From Histomonas meleagridis 2922-C6/04-290x (Eukaryota; Protista; Parabasalia), in NCBI GenBank assembly GCA_020184695.1, contig JAANOX010000076.1, positions 1-7,972 of the forward strand: a stretch of 7,972 nucleotides of DNA, written 5' to 3'. Within the stretch, counting starts at the first letter, position 1, and each line of letters opens with the position of its first letter. Positions 6,875 through 7,972 of the stretch are shown here, in pieces. Made by a program: the position numbers and the translations under genes. A model generated the notes under the pieces. It worked only from the letters and a program-made list of their open reading frames with translations. It was not told the origin of the DNA and did not search any database.

Positions 6875-6926
6875 GGTAGGTATAGAATGCGGACTGATCC
6901 CGAGGACCCAAAGGGACCCCGGCCGG
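6875..6926 (+). mobile_element. Partial third copy of the repeat end (copy M)
   Basis: GGTAGGTATAGAATGCGG followed by ACTGATCCCGAGGACCCAAAGGGACCCCGGCCG; shares the outer motif and core with 259-308 and 7665-7704. Confidence 0.65.
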
Positions 6927-6992
6927 CCTGTGACTTAAATTTAAGGATTTTTGAGTATCTGATGTTTCAATGCATGCTGTTTTTATTGAACG

Positions 6993-7013
6993 ACACACAC
7001 ACACACACACACA
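6993..7013 (+). repeat. (AC)10A microsatellite
   Basis: Direct reading of the sequence. Confidence 0.95.
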
Positions 7014-7020
7014 GCGCTAT

Positions 7021-7065
7021 TTGAGCTTCGCGTTTCACGCTTCGCTCAATCCCGCGCTACATAAA
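7021..7065 (+). repeat. 45-bp direct repeat, copy 1 (hairpin-forming)
   Basis: TTGAGCTTCGCGTTTCACGCTTCGCTCAATCCCGCGCTACATAAA; 44/45 identical to 7326-7370. Confidence 0.9.
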
Positions 7066-7325
7066 AGAAAGCATTAACGACGAGAGGATGACTGAAATTA
7101 AGGATTAACGGTAGGTTTTAAGGAAACATGTGCGGAAAATAAAAATATTAAAACCTTACTTACTCTTACCTAACTTATCTATAAAAACTAGAAATTATAA
7201 GAAAGAGGATAAATACATGCGGACAAAAACCAAGGTAAGTAAGAGTAAGGTAAGTAAGGAAATTAAGCTTAGTTTTGAAGTAGTTTTTTGTTTTTTCATT
7301 CTTACTAAAAAGATGTCAGAGGTAA

Positions 7326-7370
7326 TTGAGCTTCGCGTTTCACGCTTCGCTCAATCCCGCGCTATATAAA
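7326..7370 (+). repeat. 45-bp direct repeat, copy 2 (hairpin-forming)
   Basis: TTGAGCTTCGCGTTTCACGCTTCGCTCAATCCCGCGCTATATAAA; lies 305 nt from copy 1. Confidence 0.9.
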
Positions 7371-7664
7371 CTAAAGGATGAACGGCTAAAATCGATTGAA
7401 TTATCATAAATCGGTTGGTTTTGATTGAAAGTAATAAAATATATTTAAATTCATGATGACATTTATATTTAAAATGTGTGAGGCATGAATCCGGCTGAGT
7501 TGTTGTTAATACTATGTGGATTTTAGTGTTTGGAGCTTAAAGTTGTTATTAACTGAGATTTTGTATGTAAAAAGTATTTTTAAAATTTTGAGGGTTAACC
7601 TTTGATTTTAACCCTTTACGAATCGGAGGAAATGAGCATTTTTTGAATGATTTGACGCAAAAGT

Positions 7665-7972
7665 GGTATATATATAATGCGGTCTGGACTGATCACGAGG
7701 ACCCTAGGGGCCCTGCCTCCGGCAGGGCCCCTAGGGTCCTCGTGATCAGTTCAGACCTATGATTTTCACTGGGGGGATTTTCGGGGTCTGAGGCCTCCGG
7801 AGGTGCCCTTCCGGAGTGTGCTCGCTCCGCTTGCTACGAAAATCAATGATTTTTGTGAGCCATACAATTTGTCTGAAAATTTGAACGCGCATTAAATTTT
7901 GCGAGAACGCGAAACTTTTTCATAGGGACGATAGCACTTTTAGCACCACTTTTAGCAAAAATATATCAAAAA
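7665..7972 (+). mobile_element. End of the dispersed repeat / putative DNA transposon (copy R), running off the right edge
   Basis: Inverted homologue of 55-308; starts GGTATATATATAATGCGG and contains the core motif in both orientations. Confidence 0.75.
7681..7757. repeat. 77-bp GC-rich palindrome (37-bp arms, 3-nt loop)
   Basis: Arm 7681-7717 and arm 7721-7757 are reverse complements at 36/37 positions (the one mismatch is a G-T pair); the loop is TCC. Confidence 0.95.

Noticed and set aside
7130-7369. 79-aa ORF with GTG start
   Set aside because: Composed of simple-repeat-derived Lys/Ser residues and runs through a DNA repeat; no domain is recognisable.
7021-7370. CRISPR array or tRNA interpretation of the 45-bp repeats
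   Set aside because: Only two copies with a 260-nt gap, a eukaryotic context, no cas genes and no cloverleaf.
7619-7660. Similarity of TCGGAGGAAATGA...GATTTGA to 725-757 upstream of the BED ORF
   Set aside because: Two short AT-rich blocks only, with no ATG or BED-like ORF following on the minus strand; too weak to call homology.

Overview
AT-rich eukaryotic DNA, most consistent with a parabasalid (Trichomonas/Tritrichomonas-like). That assignment is inferred from TCATT initiator elements next to ATGs, an intronless SKI2 gene, a DUF3447-type ankyrin gene and a BspA/GA-type surface-protein relic. The one clearly intact gene is a Ski2-family DExH RNA helicase (+, 2562-5819). Head-to-head with it lies a disrupted DUF3447/ankyrin gene (-, ~2508-1057). 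Its ankyrin repeats are each interrupted at the same position by a near-identical 80-nt AT-rich spacer that lacks usable GT-AG/AT-AC splice signals, which is the most interesting signal in the window. Other content: a truncated BED-finger (hAT-like) transposase fragment, a 5'-truncated membrane protein relic with two bacterial-type GA modules, inverted copies of one dispersed repeat family at both window ends (one carrying a 77-bp GC-rich palindrome), a partial third copy of that repeat end, and a 45-bp hairpin-forming direct repeat. All alignments and domain calls were made by eye; no database search was run.
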